A stretch of DNA of 64,000 bases, from assembly GCA_964106915.2 (NCBI GenBank), contig OZ066922.1; one strand, written 5' to 3'. Made by a program: the position numbers and the translations under genes. The DNA comes from Podarcis gaigeae. Its lineage: Eukaryota. The notes under the pieces were generated by a model. It was not told the DNA's origin. It saw only the letters and a list, made by a program, of their open reading frames with translations, and did not search any database. Shown piece after piece: positions 1 through 13,350 of this stretch. Within the stretch, counting starts at the first letter, position 1. Each line of letters opens with the position of its first letter.

Positions 1-1126
1 CAAGGCAATTCTTGAACAAGCCACTGATGGACCACTAAATGAGTTTCTGGAATACCATGGCACTGACCTTAAGATAACTAATAGAAGCACAGTACAGCAG
101 CAGGGATTATTTGCAAAATTGAAGTTATAGGCCTTCGTGGACAAATTAGACAGAGCTTATGGACCATTTCCTCAGTGTACAATGCTAATCTATCTTCAGT
201 TGGGACAAGTTTATCTGCGCTGCAGCATCTGAAGTGGCAACAGAAAACCAGATTCAACTAATCTGATGTGCTAGAAGAAACCAGTACAAGGACTTCTGCT
301 AGCACACAACCCCAAAATCTGTTCTGGAGGGTCAGGAGAACCCTCAGAATACTACATGGGGGAGCAGAGAGGATGTCATTCTATCAGGTAATGCTTGCAG
401 TGACAGAACTATCGCATTAGCACAACACTGAATTCCACCCTTAGTGATTGATGCTCTCTGATGATGAGCCAAAAGCAATTTCTCGATAGTTCTATCTCTG
501 GTTGAGAAAGGGAGGGAGTACAAAGAAAGGGAGATGCTATTAGAGCATGGTCTCCACAAAGGCCACGAAGACCAAGAAGTTTGTGGCTGCATTTATGTAC
601 AGGATACTTTTAAAGTACATAAGATTATAGTCCAATATAATTCTAAAACATCTCTAAAAGGTCTGTGATTATTTAGTTTAGGATTAGCCACAATGTGATC
701 TTCTTTTAACTACTTAAATACATACGGATATGATTGGAAAGGATACCTAGGAATGAAATCATTTATATACAATAAGTCAAAACTCAATACGTTTTTAAAT
801 TCCATATATTATTTTAGCACTTTTAAAAATGTACTCCTCTTGGTTTTCCATCTGAGATTAATAGTCCCGTTTTGTTCTTTAAATTCCAAAAAATTCTTTG
901 TAAACAAAACATGGCAGGACACACTTTCTCTTCATCTGGAAGAAGAGTCCTTCTCTTTTAATTATTCTTCAGCCTGCATGTTGTTTTTTATTCCACTTTT
1001 TATTTCAGTAAGTCTCTCTTAGGGCCTCTCATATGAAAACCTGTTCAAGCAAACAAACTAACTAAATCCAATATGCAGCACTGGTAACCTGCCAATCTGA
1101 GCGCTGCTCAAGTGAATGTCTAAATC

Positions 1127-1273
1127 CAGTGGCGTAGCGTGGGTTGTCAGCACCCGGGGCAAGGCAAGTAATTTGCGCCCCCTAACCCGTGGATTTGCGC
1201 CCCCTAACCCTAACCCCCAGATGTTGCACCCAGTGCAGCCGGCCCCCCCTGCACCCCCCACGCTACGCCACTG
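1127..1273. mobile_element. hAT (Tip100-like) MITE
   Basis: TIRs CAGTGGCGTAGCGT...ACGCTACGCCACTG; perfect 8-bp TSD TCTAAATC (1119-1126 / 1274-1281). Confidence 0.9.
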
Positions 1274-2090
1274 TCTAAATCTAAGCACACAAGTGCAGTT
1301 CACTCACTCAGGAATAAGCCAGAAGTTAATCTCCCATAGTCTTCTCCAAAGTTGGAACATTGTTAATTTACACATGAGAAATCCTATAGTCCACCTAACT
1401 ATAAGCCAGGAATTCACATACTGTTTTTAAAAAGACAGACAATTCACTTCTTGTTTTGTATTTTTAGAAGAGCCCTTTGTACCAACCAACTGGGCAGACT
1501 GGATCTCAGGAAGACTGAAACCACTTGAAACTTTCGGTCCTAATTTTTTTTTTTTAAGATTTTACATATTTGTTTAGGTTTTCGTATAGAGTCTGTCTAT
1601 CACTATACAGACTTTGCATATGGTTTGCTCTTTATTTAGTTTGGTTGCCTTACAAGCCTTACCTTCTTTGTTTCACTAATTAATACTTGTATTTTTCAGA
1701 TAAGGAGCTGAAATTGATAGCTACTGGTCTAACAATTTTTTCTCTCTCTACCCTAAACCCAGTTCATGCCTAAGGCTTGCATGAAAAAACGTGGTGGAAG
1801 TGCTATTGATCACATTATTGTCTCTCCTTCATTTTTCACTTTTGTAAACAACTTTGAAGTGTTAGAACAGTGAGTCTGTGTCTTAGAATAGAATGCATAC
1901 CAACAACCGAATCTGCAAGTGTGTTTGGATAAATACAGGCCATTAAAATACTGAAATGATCTCAGATTGAGCAGCAATATTCAAAAGACACTGTCATCTG
2001 ACAAAATTGTGTCAAAGTTTTATGAGCAAATCTTGTTGATGCCTTCCAGCAAATTGTCAGAGCTCAGGCCCTATTTGATAATTCCTACAA

Positions 2091-2408
2091 CACGGGTGGC
2101 GCTGTGGGTTAAACCACAGAGCCTAGGACTTGCCAATCAGAAGGTTGGCGGTTCAAATCCCTGAGACAGGGTGAGCTCCCGTTGCTCGGTCCCAGCTCCT
2201 GCCAACTTAGCAGTTCGAAAGCACATCAAAGTGCAAGAAGATAAATAGGTACCGCTCCGGCGGGAAGGTAAACAGCGTTTCCGTGCACTGCTCTGGATCG
2301 CCAGAAGCGGCTTAGTTATGCCGGCCAATAAAGCGAGATGAGCGCCACAACCCCAGAGTCAGTCACGACTGGACCTAATGGTCAGGGGTCCCTTTACCTT
2401 TACCTTTA
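2091..2408 (+). mobile_element. Sauria SINE with internal deletion
   Basis: Head CGGGTGGCGCTGTGGGTTAAACC, B-box GGTTCAAATCC, (ACCTTT)n tail; lacks the segment between two GGCCA motifs that other copies have. Confidence 0.93.
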
Positions 2409-3936
2409 CAATTAATAACTACACACAATCAACACAACTTGGCTGGATTCACAGTCAGTGCGAAGTGGCTAAGAAAGTTTTGGCCAAGGCAGTTAGAGAT
2501 TCATGTTAAGAATTCAGAAGAATTCATGGAAAAATTGATCACAAGAGTGCTCAAAAACAGAAAAGTTGAATATACGAAAACTCAGTGTCAGGAACTGGGA
2601 AGAGAAGGAACAGCTTTCAACTACACTTTAGCCATCCTGACTGCAAGTACAAAATATGTGATCAAAATATACAGTAAGTGCTCCAGAATGAGCTTCTGGA
2701 TTGTAACATCTCTCAACAGGGCCAACATCTCTTCCATGCTGTCTAAATTAATGTTAAACAACATCAGATTCAAAATACCACTTGGATCTACAAGGAACAG
2801 GAATTTTCGGGAAGAGGCAGGAAGCGTTAAGTTTCAAACTGACTGATTACTAAATACTTAGAAGTCGTACAAGGACATGTTTCTCAAGACTACATTATTT
2901 TTACTGACAGCATACTTTTACCATTTAAAATGAAATGTTGCTTACAGCACAAGCATATTTAGTTTCATAACCAGTGACATTTTTGAAAAGTTTCAGTTTC
3001 AATTTCTTTTAACAGCTGTCATCCATAAGGAGCAGGAATAGACAGAACACCAAGTAGGAGTTCATCTGATGATACTTTTGTGAATCTGGAATAAGGAAAT
3101 TATCAACAGCCTAGCACTTCTTCATCTGCTCTTCTCATATTCCCATGTAGAAGAGTAACATCTGATCCAGCCAAACAACATCGGTATCTAGGATATCATG
3201 CACAGATCAAAGCAGCATTCAACCAGCAGCAGGTTGTTTCATAAATGTCAAAAGGAGAGCACAGAGCCTCATTGTATATTACTGCATATAGTAGCATGAG
3301 CCATTGAACTAGATATCAGATTATAATTGAAAACTGCTGATCTGTGTATTCTAAAAACAAAACAAACAACACATACTACAAATTTCAATCAAGAATTCTC
3401 TGTGACAGGAAAAGCATATGGACATCTGACTCACTAAATCAACTTCATCAGAAGACTTTACAGCCAAATTCCTTTATATAATAGATTTTTCTCTTTGCTA
3501 CGTTCAGAATAATCTGTTCTACTTCATAGCTTTTACAGCACGTCTGCAAATATTCCCATAATCCTTGGACAATTTAATCTAGTGTGCAGATGGTTTAAAT
3601 CTCACCAATCTAACTGCTTTGCTTTTGGAAAACAAAATATATTGTCCTGTGCCAGTAGTATAGCAGAAGCACATATTGAACTATCCAATGCATAATTTTA
3701 TAGCCCTGTTCCACAGCCAGTTTTTGTTGCCATCTATATCATTTAGCAGCAAGCTCTGAGACACTGCCTGTGGAATGCAAACAGTAGGGTCCAAATTTCA
3801 ACAATTATTCTGTATATCTCAGCAAAGGCCTTAAATGTTAGTTCGGGGGGGGGGGGAGGATTTCATTTTTAGAAATAATTCTTAGAATTTATATTTGTTT
3901 ATTTAATTAATTTGTAATTAATTACCTCAATAAGTA

Positions 3937-4468
3937 CAGTGGTACCTTGGTTCTCAAACTTAATCCGTTCCAGAAGTCCGTTCCAAAACCAAAGTGTTCC
4001 AAAACCAAGGCGCACTTTCCCATAGAAAGCAATGCAAAATGGATTAATGTGTTCCAGACTTTTAAAAAAAACCCTAAAACAGCAATTTAACATGAATTTT
4101 ACTATCTAATGAGACAATTTATCCATAAAATGAAAGCAATAAACAATGTACTGTAGTCACACAATCAACCAATCAGTAGCTGAACTGGGTTCCACACAGT
4201 AACAAAAAAAAAACAACAACAACAAAAAACCGCAAAAGCAAAACCACAAAATAAATAGCAAAAACAGAGACCTCAGCGTAACACTCAAAACAGAAGAGTG
4301 GCACTCAAAATGGAAATGTGGCACTCAAATCAGAAGCGTAACCCTCAAAACAGAGCATGTTCGGCTTCCAAAAAAAGCTAGCAAATTGCAACACTTACTT
4401 CTGGGTTTGCAGTGCTTGGGTTCCAAGTTGTTTGAATACCAAGGCATTTGAGAACCAAGGTACCACTG
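3937..4468. mobile_element. TcMar-Tigger/pogo-like MITE
   Basis: TIR CAGTGGTACCTTGGTTCTCAAA...TTTGAGAACCAAGGTACCACTG; TA on both sides. Confidence 0.9.
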
Positions 4469-4599
4469 TAATTCCAGAGCCCTAACACAGGCTGCTCTAT
4501 GAAAGCATAGTCAACACTGGGTCCAGATAGGGGTTAATAAGAAAATAAAAAATAAAAAATAGCAGACTGAGTACTGTAAATAAACGTACTGCATATCCA

Positions 4600-5385
4600 A
4601 GACCAGAGATATACCAGTACTTGTATTCAGCAATGCTTGGGCGGAGCAAGGGGGCGTGACCAAGCACGGGTAAGACTGTAAAGTCTACGTCATTGGTCAC
4701 AGCCCTGGAGAAGAAGAGCGGCCGCATCCAACACTCATTTGACAAGGATGAGGTGCGCTCCAAGTACCAGCACACAGAAGCCGGCAGGTTCTTGCCCAGT
4801 ACAGCACAGACAACACAGGCGGCTGGCGTGCAGAGAAAAGAAGAACCGCTTTCGGGCCACTGATCCCATCTCCTCCGCTGCCGCCACTGCCGCTCGCAAA
4901 AGTAGACATAGGAGCCGTGTTTGGGAGAGGCACAGGCAGCTCCTGTGCCTGCCCTTGTGAGAGACGGGTGGCACCGGTGGGACCAGCGGTGAGAAAGGGC
5001 TGCTTTCAGGCCGCTCATCCCTCTGCCCGCCTCTGCCGCTCACAAGCGCAGGCACACGAGCCGTGGTTAGCAGAGCGGAGGGCAGCGCCTCTCTGAAGCC
5101 AGCCAGCCCTTTCTCGCCACTGGTCCCATCGCCGCCGCCTCTCGCACCATAGGTAGGCTGGGGGGAGGGGGGAGAGAGAAGCCCCCTCCAGTGCGTGTGT
5201 GTGTGCACATACACACACACACAGTCCGGCCCGCCACGCGGCCTGGGGGACAGTCAACCGGCCCACTCCCAAAAAAGTTTGCTGACCCCAGGTAAGTGGG
5301 ACCCTCACTCGAGTATAAGCCGAGGGGGGGGTTCAGCATAAAAAATGTGCTGAAAAAGTCGGCTTATGCACAAGTATATACAGTA
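4600..5385. mobile_element. CpG-rich composite DNA-transposon remnant (hAT-type end at ~5290, Tc2-like end at 5383)
   Basis: AAAAAAGTTTGCTGACCCC resembles a hAT-Charlie terminus; ACTCGAGTATAAGCCGA...TCGGCTTATGCACAAGTATATACAGTA resembles a Tc2-like right end; internally repeated GCCACTGRTCCCATC blocks; left boundary uncertain. Confidence 0.6.
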
Positions 5386-8354
5386 ATTACTTTTACAATT
5401 TGGATACTCTATTGTATCGCAGAGCCTTTATGCTAGCTTGTCTAAATGCATTCCCTTCATCTGTTTTGTTCAGAAGGTTTAAAAAAAATCCCCTTCCAGA
5501 ACAGATTCTGCTCCTGTAGTAATAAGAAAACACCAGATACAATACATCACATAATTTTGGATTGCCCTCTTCTCAACACCTTCACCGAAATCTCCTAGTG
5601 ACTCCTTTACAGCTTAAAATATCGATTCACGAAGAATCTGTAATCCAATATTTGTTGAGGGATGATACTCCTGAAACTACCAAGATTGTTTCAGGGTATT
5701 TAAAGCTAAAGCTAAAAGTTGCCTGATTTATTCAATGGTGGCTATCTAGTGTTTGGATTATCAATGTATTTGGATGACTTTGTATGATTTTATTGTTTAA
5801 ACCTATGCCAATAAAGGCCAATAACAACATATGATAAATCTTTAATCCTTTTCTATATTGGTCCTGTGTTTGTAAGTAGCTTGAGCATCACCCATGAGCC
5901 TTAAAGGATTTGCATACATACATTTATGATTCAGATGGTGAGCCATTAACAGCAATATGCCCAAAAGAGATTGATTGGGAAAACAGTAATCATCATTAGT
6001 TACCTCTGCCTTACATCATTCTCCTTCCAATTCCTATGCAAACACTAAACTGTTTATTCCCTGATCCTTCTTTAAAATTCTGGGTCTGTACAGTATGTTG
6101 GTTCTCCTTCCTTAGACAATACCCAATTTGCAAATCAGAGAAACGGAACAAGTCATAAGAACAGTGAAAGAAAAACATATGGCATGTTTATCCATCATAT
6201 ATCTCATATTTGATGGATAGTTATTTGACAGTAAAAGACCCATTAATGCTATTCTCAGGTCAGGATCCAAAGCACTGCTTATTGCTCAGAAATTAATTGG
6301 TTAGAGTTCCCATACTGCAGAATAAAACAGAGGACTTGAAGAGATGCAGGGATACTGCTGAAACATAGAAACACCAGCATGCAGAATGCTCCAAAAATAC
6401 AAGCAATCTAGAATATTTAACTACTTATATTCTCATGTATTGTCTCAGTATCTTGCAACAGACAGAATTGAAAACCAAAGTACAGGCACCCTTCATTCCC
6501 ACCCTCAAAATATTGGAGCGCTTGCCTTTGGCTTCAGCTAACAATTCTACCGTACTATGCACCATTAAAATGCAAAGAGCACTCTCTTGTTAATTTTTCA
6601 CTTCAGGAAACCGCAGCTCTTCTTTGAGAATTCATTTAGCAGAAGCTCTTAGAACAGCCTCTCTTTAATTATATCAATTCATCTTTCATTTCTACCAGAT
6701 ATACAGCGTTCATTTGCAACTTAATTTATAAAAGAATTTGACCTTAAAAAACACAAAGGAAAGAAAAGGCTTTCTGGCCCATATATCCTCCTACCTCACC
6801 CAATGCCTAAATCGATCACTCATTAATCAAGTTTCTTTTAAGGTAAAAATCTGCCTATGAAATCCGTAATTCCAGATCTGTAGTTCCCTGCGGCAAATAG
6901 ATTTGCTATAGTATAATCAGGAAAAATATAACTTTGTAGTAGCCAAAAACATTAGCTTCAAATGGACACACAATCCACACTTTTCCATTTTCAAGGTAAG
7001 CCAAATAAAATATATACCAGCAACGTCAATGAGACAAAATGATCGTTATTGTGATGCTAAAGCTATATATAGCAAAAAGATACCAGGCTTGAATATATAT
7101 TAATTTTAAAAATGGCATGGAAGGAGCAAATTAACTACACATCAAGTCCACAAGTCTACCCATTCATCTCAATTTTCCCCATGTGTGAGTCACAAACATA
7201 AGGCATATCTCATAAACATACATTTCCATGTACAGGTTTTTATCAACATGCTTTGCATAAAAACTGGGAAGGTATCAGTTTCCAAAACAATATTACCTAG
7301 ATTCTAGAACAATCTTGCCTAACTTTTGGTCTAAGACAGATGGAGGGTACTAACTCCTATAAGACCAGCCAGCACAGAACAGCCCAAAACAGCTGGATGT
7401 ACCAAGTTGGGAAAGGCTGATTTAGAAGTTGTATGAGAAGCATGATTGATTAGGTTGTTGGGCTATTCTGGCAACTTCGCCATTTCACATAAATTCCACC
7501 AATTACATTTGTAAGCAATTGAAAAGGCAAATGTCTTCCATGCCACTAACTCTAGAAAATAATGGTGCAGCTACATAGCTTTGTGTTATGCCAACAGACC
7601 TAACTAAACTGAAATCTAATACAAAGCATCATGTGGCCTCATGCCAAGATCATCCAAGCAACGAAATCTGGATTTGGTTTTGCACATGGGTTAGAAGCCC
7701 TCATTCAACCTTGCAAATGTGCTTTCTTTATTTACTCCACCAATCCTTACATCTAAATCAAGGTAGAGAAAAAATTGATTTGCATTAAAAACAAGTTAAA
7801 CGCACTGGTTTTTTAAAAAAATTAACAACACTGTTCCGGGGACACTTAAATCTGCATGCAACCAAATACCTATTTCTTTATATTAATTTAGAAAGGGAAA
7901 TCATGTACGCCTTGTCAATGTTTGTAAACAAGAATGAATGGCCTATGAAATAAAAGAACTTTAGTTTGCTTTATCGGGTCAAAAACAAGACACAACTTTT
8001 TAAAATCAACGTGGCATAGTTTTACTACATATGAAACATCGATAGAGCATGGTTACAAGAGTCCAACAGCCCATAGAAACTTGTGAATGATATCTTTGTT
8101 TAAAAACTGAAAGGACTTAAAAGTTTACTATAATAAATTGATACTTGGGTGGTGATGGAATGGTTGAATGTTAATTGTGTTCTTTGTATTAATAAGTAAA
8201 AATAATATTGGGGGGGGGGGGGAGCTGTGTGTCTGCACATTTCCGCCTCTCTTTTCTTGCCCATTTTAGCAGAAGGTAGGTAGAAAAGAGTCATGTTCTC
8301 TTTAGCTCTGTACGTGCATAATGAAAATTACCTTTCATTACTGGACAGAAAAAT

Positions 8355-8716
8355 GGGACGCAGGTGGCGCTGTGGGTTAAAGCCTCAGTGCCTAGGACTT
8401 GCCGATCGAAAGGTCGGCGGTTCGAATCCCTGCGGCGGGGTGCGCTCCCGCTGCTTGGTCCCAGCGCCTGCCAACCTAGCAGTTCGAAAGCACCTCCAGG
8501 TGCAAGTAGATAAATAGGGACCGCTTACCAGCGGGAAGGTAAACGGCGTTTCCGTGTGCGGCTCTGGCTCGCCAGAGCAGCGATGTCACGCTGGCCACGT
8601 GACCCGGAAGTGTCTCCGGACAGCGCTGGCCCCTGGCCTCTTGAGTGAGATGGGCGCACAACCCCAGAGTCTGTCAAGACTGGCCCGTACGGGCAGGGGT
8701 ACCTTTACCTTTTACC
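8355..8716 (+). mobile_element. Sauria SINE, full length, distinct subfamily
   Basis: GGGACGCAGGTGGCGCTG head, GGTTCGAATCC B-box, ACCTTT tail; 15-bp TSD TTACTGGACAGAAAA (8338-8352 / 8717-8731). Confidence 0.95.
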
Positions 8717-8871
8717 TTACTGGACAGAAAAGATGCAGATAGGTCTCAACATATGCATACTCCTTCCTTCAAACAATCAGCTTTGGTGTTGATATTCTGG
8801 CTTGTTAAACCAGTTTTCCATGATATCCAAACCAGAAAAATATGGTTAAACCCCTGCTTCATTGTTCTCTG

Positions 8872-9150
8872 ATGTCCCACAAGAACAGCCAGAAAGGCAT
8901 CGAAGGACTTGCTTCTGGTTATATACACACACACAGAGACGCCTTCATTATACATTTTTAGGCGCCAGGAGACAACCTTCCTCTTCAGGCCTTTGACTAA
9001 TTAATATTCCACAGCCTTTTAAACGTGTCTGTGGGAAGGGAGGGGTCACTGTTTTGCTACATATTTTGTTTTAATTCTTTACTTGTTTTTATCCTGTATT
9101 TTTTCTGTGAACTGCCCTGAAATCTTATTATGAAGGGCAGTATATAAATA
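8872..9150 (+). mobile_element. L2-clade LINE 3' end
   Basis: TTTAGGCGCCAGG...CCTTCCTCTTC...GAAGGGCAGTATATAAAT matches the 3' ends of the L2 copies at 20.5 kb and 50.7 kb. Confidence 0.7.
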
Positions 9151-9375
9151 CAGTGGTACCTCGGGTTAAGTACTTAATTTGTTCCAGAGGTCCGTACTTA
9201 ACCTGAAACTGTTCTTAACCTGAAGCATCACTTTAGCTAATGGGGCTTCCTGTGCCGCCACGCCGCCAGATCACAATTTCTGTTCTCATCCTGAAGCAAA
9301 GTTCTTAACCTGAAGCACTATTTCTGGGTTGGCGGAGTCTGTAACCTGAAGCGTATGTAACCCGAGGTACCACTG
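9151..9375. mobile_element. Tigger-like MITE
   Basis: TIR CAGTGGTACCTCGGGTTA...TAACCCGAGGTACCACTG, TA TSD; same subfamily as 29647-29887. Confidence 0.92.
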
Positions 9376-9832
9376 TACACTATGCCAGACACATAGTGTC
9401 CAAGCTTGTTGTTGACAAAGGACAGCTGGACATATAAAGGGCCCCATTACTTTAAGTAGCTTAGGGCCTCATCAAACCTAAATCCGGCTCTGCTGACAAG
9501 TTAGGAACATGAACCAATATGAACATGAAGATGCTAAGAAACATCCACAAATCTTTGTTTGCTTTGCTCAGTGAGAGCTCATTTGTGCTTCAGCAGAGTT
9601 TTAAAAAAAAATCAAAATCCCACCCACCTACGCAATAGAAGAGGACAAATCTGTCTAATTAAAATATTGCCATGCAATTTGCTACTGAGCTCTATAGGTG
9701 GGTTTTCGGGGGGGGGGGGAGAATTGAAATGTTTCGTGGAAAGTATTACTATTTAAAGTAGGTTAGTGTGGGTAGTGTAATTTGGAATGAAAAATTACAG
9801 CTTTCGCTGGAAAATTTTCTCATGCCCTAGAG

Positions 9833-10218
9833 CAATGGTTCCCAAACTTTCCTCTGCACAGCCCACTGGAAAATTGCTAAGGATTTTAGCAAACCGCTAA
9901 ATGATGGTAGCAATTGTATTGCTCTGTGCTAGATGCTGTATGATTTTAGATGTATTTTTATAGCTTCTTTTATTTCGTTTATGGTATTACGATTTAAATT
10001 ATAAACTGCAATACAATAAAATACAATACATAATTTGAATTCCACAAAACTCAAATGGTATAATACAATATAAGAAATAAAAAAGCAGTGAAATACAATA
10101 AAATCAATATGAATATTGAATGCATTGGATGCTCTGTCTCACATTGTCAGCCACAAATTCACAGACACACCATGGACCACCTGAATGAAGCTTGTGGACC
10201 ACAGTTTGGGAACCTCAT
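9833..10218. mobile_element. hAT-Charlie-like non-autonomous element (old)
   Basis: Degenerate TIRs CAATGGTTCCCAAACT...AGTTTGGGAACC. Confidence 0.65.
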
Positions 10219-10734
10219 GTTAATTTTTTGTCCCAGTACACTACAGATATTCAACCTGAAATATTTGAGTGAGGGAAAGTTAAAAACATCCTTAATGTGG
10301 TGTTAGGTAGAATCTTTTTACTAGAAGACTGTTTGTAAATATTTAAAGACATTAGCGTTTACTTCCTTTACGTTGTTTACATTGAAGAAGAAAAATACCT
10401 CACCTACTGAAAAGTGTTGACATGCTAATAAATGTTTAGTAACTAAAGAACTGTGCATGATATGCAACTCACATACTGGTTAGGATTAATCACCTAAAAA
10501 ATATTAATTACAACTTTGAAATTGCCAAGCTTGGCTAATATTGTATTTGCAACTGACATTCATTTAATCATTGCTACTAATGAGTGTATGAAAAGAAAAT
10601 TCTGCAGCAGAATAAAGCAATGGAGATTATATGTTTTAGCAAATTTTCGATGGAAAATTGTATGCATCACATCACTGCTGTGTCTCTGATAGCAATTACT
10701 TCCCTGGTGAGCGAAGAAGTAGAAAACAGGTACT

Positions 10735-10940
10735 CTGCTAGTGCAAGTAGCTAGAATATTTGGCCTGAGTGTGGAAATTAATGTTCAAATTCCCACTTCC
10801 CCAAGAAGCTCATTGTGTCTGTCGCCTTGGGCGTGTTGCTATCTGTCAGCCTAATGTACTTCAGAAAGTTGCTGTGAGATAAAATGGGAACCCCATGTAT
10901 GGTGCCTTGACTTTCTTGTTAAGAAAGGACAAGATAAACT
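10735..10940 (+). mobile_element. Degraded tRNA/CORE (MIR/Squam3-like) SINE
   Basis: GTTCAAATTCCCAC...GAAGCTCA...CCTTGGGC...TCAGCCTAA...GTTGCTGTGAG, similar to 53452-53668. Confidence 0.6.
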
Positions 10941-11242
10941 ATCATGGCCTCCTTTCCTATCTGTCTTGTGCTGCCACAGCTATTACAGGTACACATCCTA
11001 TCTCTTTAAAGATTGGACTGCCAGCATAAGTTGTTTAGTGCTTCAGTTCCTGCTTGGAAAAGCCATGCCACTAAATTGCACATGTGGCTTTTCCATTTCC
11101 TGTTTGCTGAAAATGTCAAGCGAAAGCAAGTTAAATGCAATGTGTTGTATTTCTTTTAATGGGGAGTAGCTCTTAGGATACTGAGTTGTAGTCTGTTCTT
11201 CATCTGTTGTTGTTGTTGTTGTTATTATTATTATTATTATTA

Positions 11243-11323
11243 CAGTGGTACCTCGGGTTACATACTCTTCAGGTTACACACTCTGCCAACCCAGAAATAG
11301 TGCTTCAGGTTAAGAACTTTGCT
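11243..11323. mobile_element. Truncated Tigger-like MITE (one end only)
   Basis: TA-CAGTGGTACCTCGGGTTACATAC; reverse complement of the right end of 9151-9375. Confidence 0.85.
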
Positions 11324-13044
11324 CTCAAACATCAAAGGATGTAAATGCTTATGAAGCATATGTCTTAATCAACCTATACAAAAGCAGCTAGAGGTTAATT
11401 TGATTACTCAATGCAATCACTCTAATTCAGTAAGAATGATTACAACATTACAGCCGACATCAAGTTAGGGCTATTATCTTTGGATAATACCACACATACC
11501 AAAAACAGTTTCTAGAAACTCTCGGAAAAGATTCTAGAAAATCAAATTCAGATCATAACAAGCCAGCCATTTATTTTATTTTATTTTTTAAAAGAAAAAT
11601 GTAGTCATACATTTACAATGAAAATCTGCCTAAACTCTTTGGTCACATTCTGAAGGCAATCTTATTTCATACACAGCATTGTACGTACACTGAATAACAG
11701 AAAAACTGGTTTTTCTTGAACCTTCTAAGCAAAAACTGAAACTAGACTGGAACCGATATTCACTTCCCTTATTGTCCCTATTGGTTCTTCTATTGCAGGA
11801 TTCTACCGGCAGTTCATACTTCTTGAAATATATTTGTGCCTGCACATATTATTAATTTAGTCCACAGTTCCCTTCACAGATAAGCTGGTATACCTTTGCT
11901 TGGATGAACCACAGAAGCAGGATGATATCTTCCCTTATTTCTCCTGAGCAAGAAACCACTTTTATTAAAGAAAGGATTGACTGCAGTCTTCTTCAAGCTC
12001 CGGGGAGGGTCTCCTCACAAGCCAGAGGCACAGTGGGGCTTTGCTGAGGCTCTTCAGCAAACAACACTTTATGACAAATTTATGTGGCTGGATGGAAGGC
12101 AAAAGATCTATACTAGTTATGTTACTTTTATAACAGAAATACACCACTATTAGACCAAGAAATGTGGACTAAACAAGGAAACTTACAAATCTCTTGGCTG
12201 CTACTCCATCAAATCCACACCTTTTTTTTTTCTTTTCTTTGGCTAACCTAATTACCAGTAAGGCTGCCACAAGATTACTAGCCCATCTGAAAGATCTGTA
12301 ATATGGACAAGGCCAAGGCCTGGTATAATATTCACAATCTATAACATTATACTCAGTGCATAAGAGAGTTCATTCAACCCTATTATACATCAACAGGAAT
12401 GAGGTTTTGGCTATGAACATGACCCAGATCAATGGAACAAACTCTGGACAAAATAAATCCCTTCAGCAATAGAAAATTAACCCTAACACTCATATATAGG
12501 TGATATCCCTAGGAAGCTAGCCATGATCCATCTTGGTGCTTCACCTCATTGCTGAAGGGGCTGCTCCAGACCCAGCACACATCTCCACATGTGGCAGGAA
12601 TGTACAAAACTCCAGCCTTTCTGGAATTCGTAATTCCAAGAAATTAATAATGAAACAACTGGAAGTCAAACCATAATTAGCTTTATCAAATATATTTCAA
12701 GACAACAACCTAGATTTACACAGTGTAGAATTAATAAGCCATTTATTACTAGCAGTATGACAAACCATAAGCAGACACTGGAAAGGCCTTTCTGGCACAA
12801 CAATAAACAGTTGGTACAAAACAGTTTAGGAAACAGCATTCTTTGAAAGATCAACAAATAAACTATGGCGGACACATGGATGGATCAAGAAAGATGGCTT
12901 TATTCAAGTGTGGTTTAATTTTATAACGTATGCCAGTATTCCAAAAAAGGAACAATCCCACCCATCAGCATTTGGCTCAATCTGATTGATCTAAATTTAA
13001 ATTTAAATTATTATCTTCACTTTGAACCATACGTTGTAGATATT

Positions 13045-13350
13045 GTTGTTGTTGTTTAGTTGTGTCCGACTCTTTGTGACCCCATGGACCAGAGCACGCC
13101 AGGCACTCCTGTCTTCCATTGCCTCCCGCAGTTTGGTCAAACTCATGCTGGTAGCTTCGGGAACACTGTCCAACCATCTCATCCTCTGTCGTCCCCTTCT
13201 CCTTGTGCCCTCCATCTTTCCCAACATCAGGGTCTTTTGCAGGGAGTCTTCTCATGAGGTGGCCAAAGTCTTGGAGCCTCAGCTTCACGATCTGTGCTTC
13301 CAGTGAGCACTCAGGGCTGATTTCCTTAAGAATGGATAGGTTTGATATTC
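13045..13350 (-). mobile_element. RTE-BovB LINE, 5'-truncated 3' end
   Basis: Translates to the BovB C-terminus (LMLGKMEGTRRRGRQRMRWLDSV); (CAA)n tail; 11-bp TSD TTGTAGATATT (13034-13044 / 13351-13361). Confidence 0.93.

Noticed and set aside
2439-2846. 135-aa ORF
   Set aside because: Non-ATG start, no splice signals, no recognisable domain; may be a decayed LINE.
7530-7540. miR-7 8mer site GTCTTCCA (Cyrano-like?)
   Set aside because: No extended 3' pairing, and it lies on the strand opposite the inferred transcript.
12477-12487. TTAACCCTAAC, similar to the telomerase RNA template
   Set aside because: AT-rich context with no pseudoknot or CR4/5 elements; chance match.
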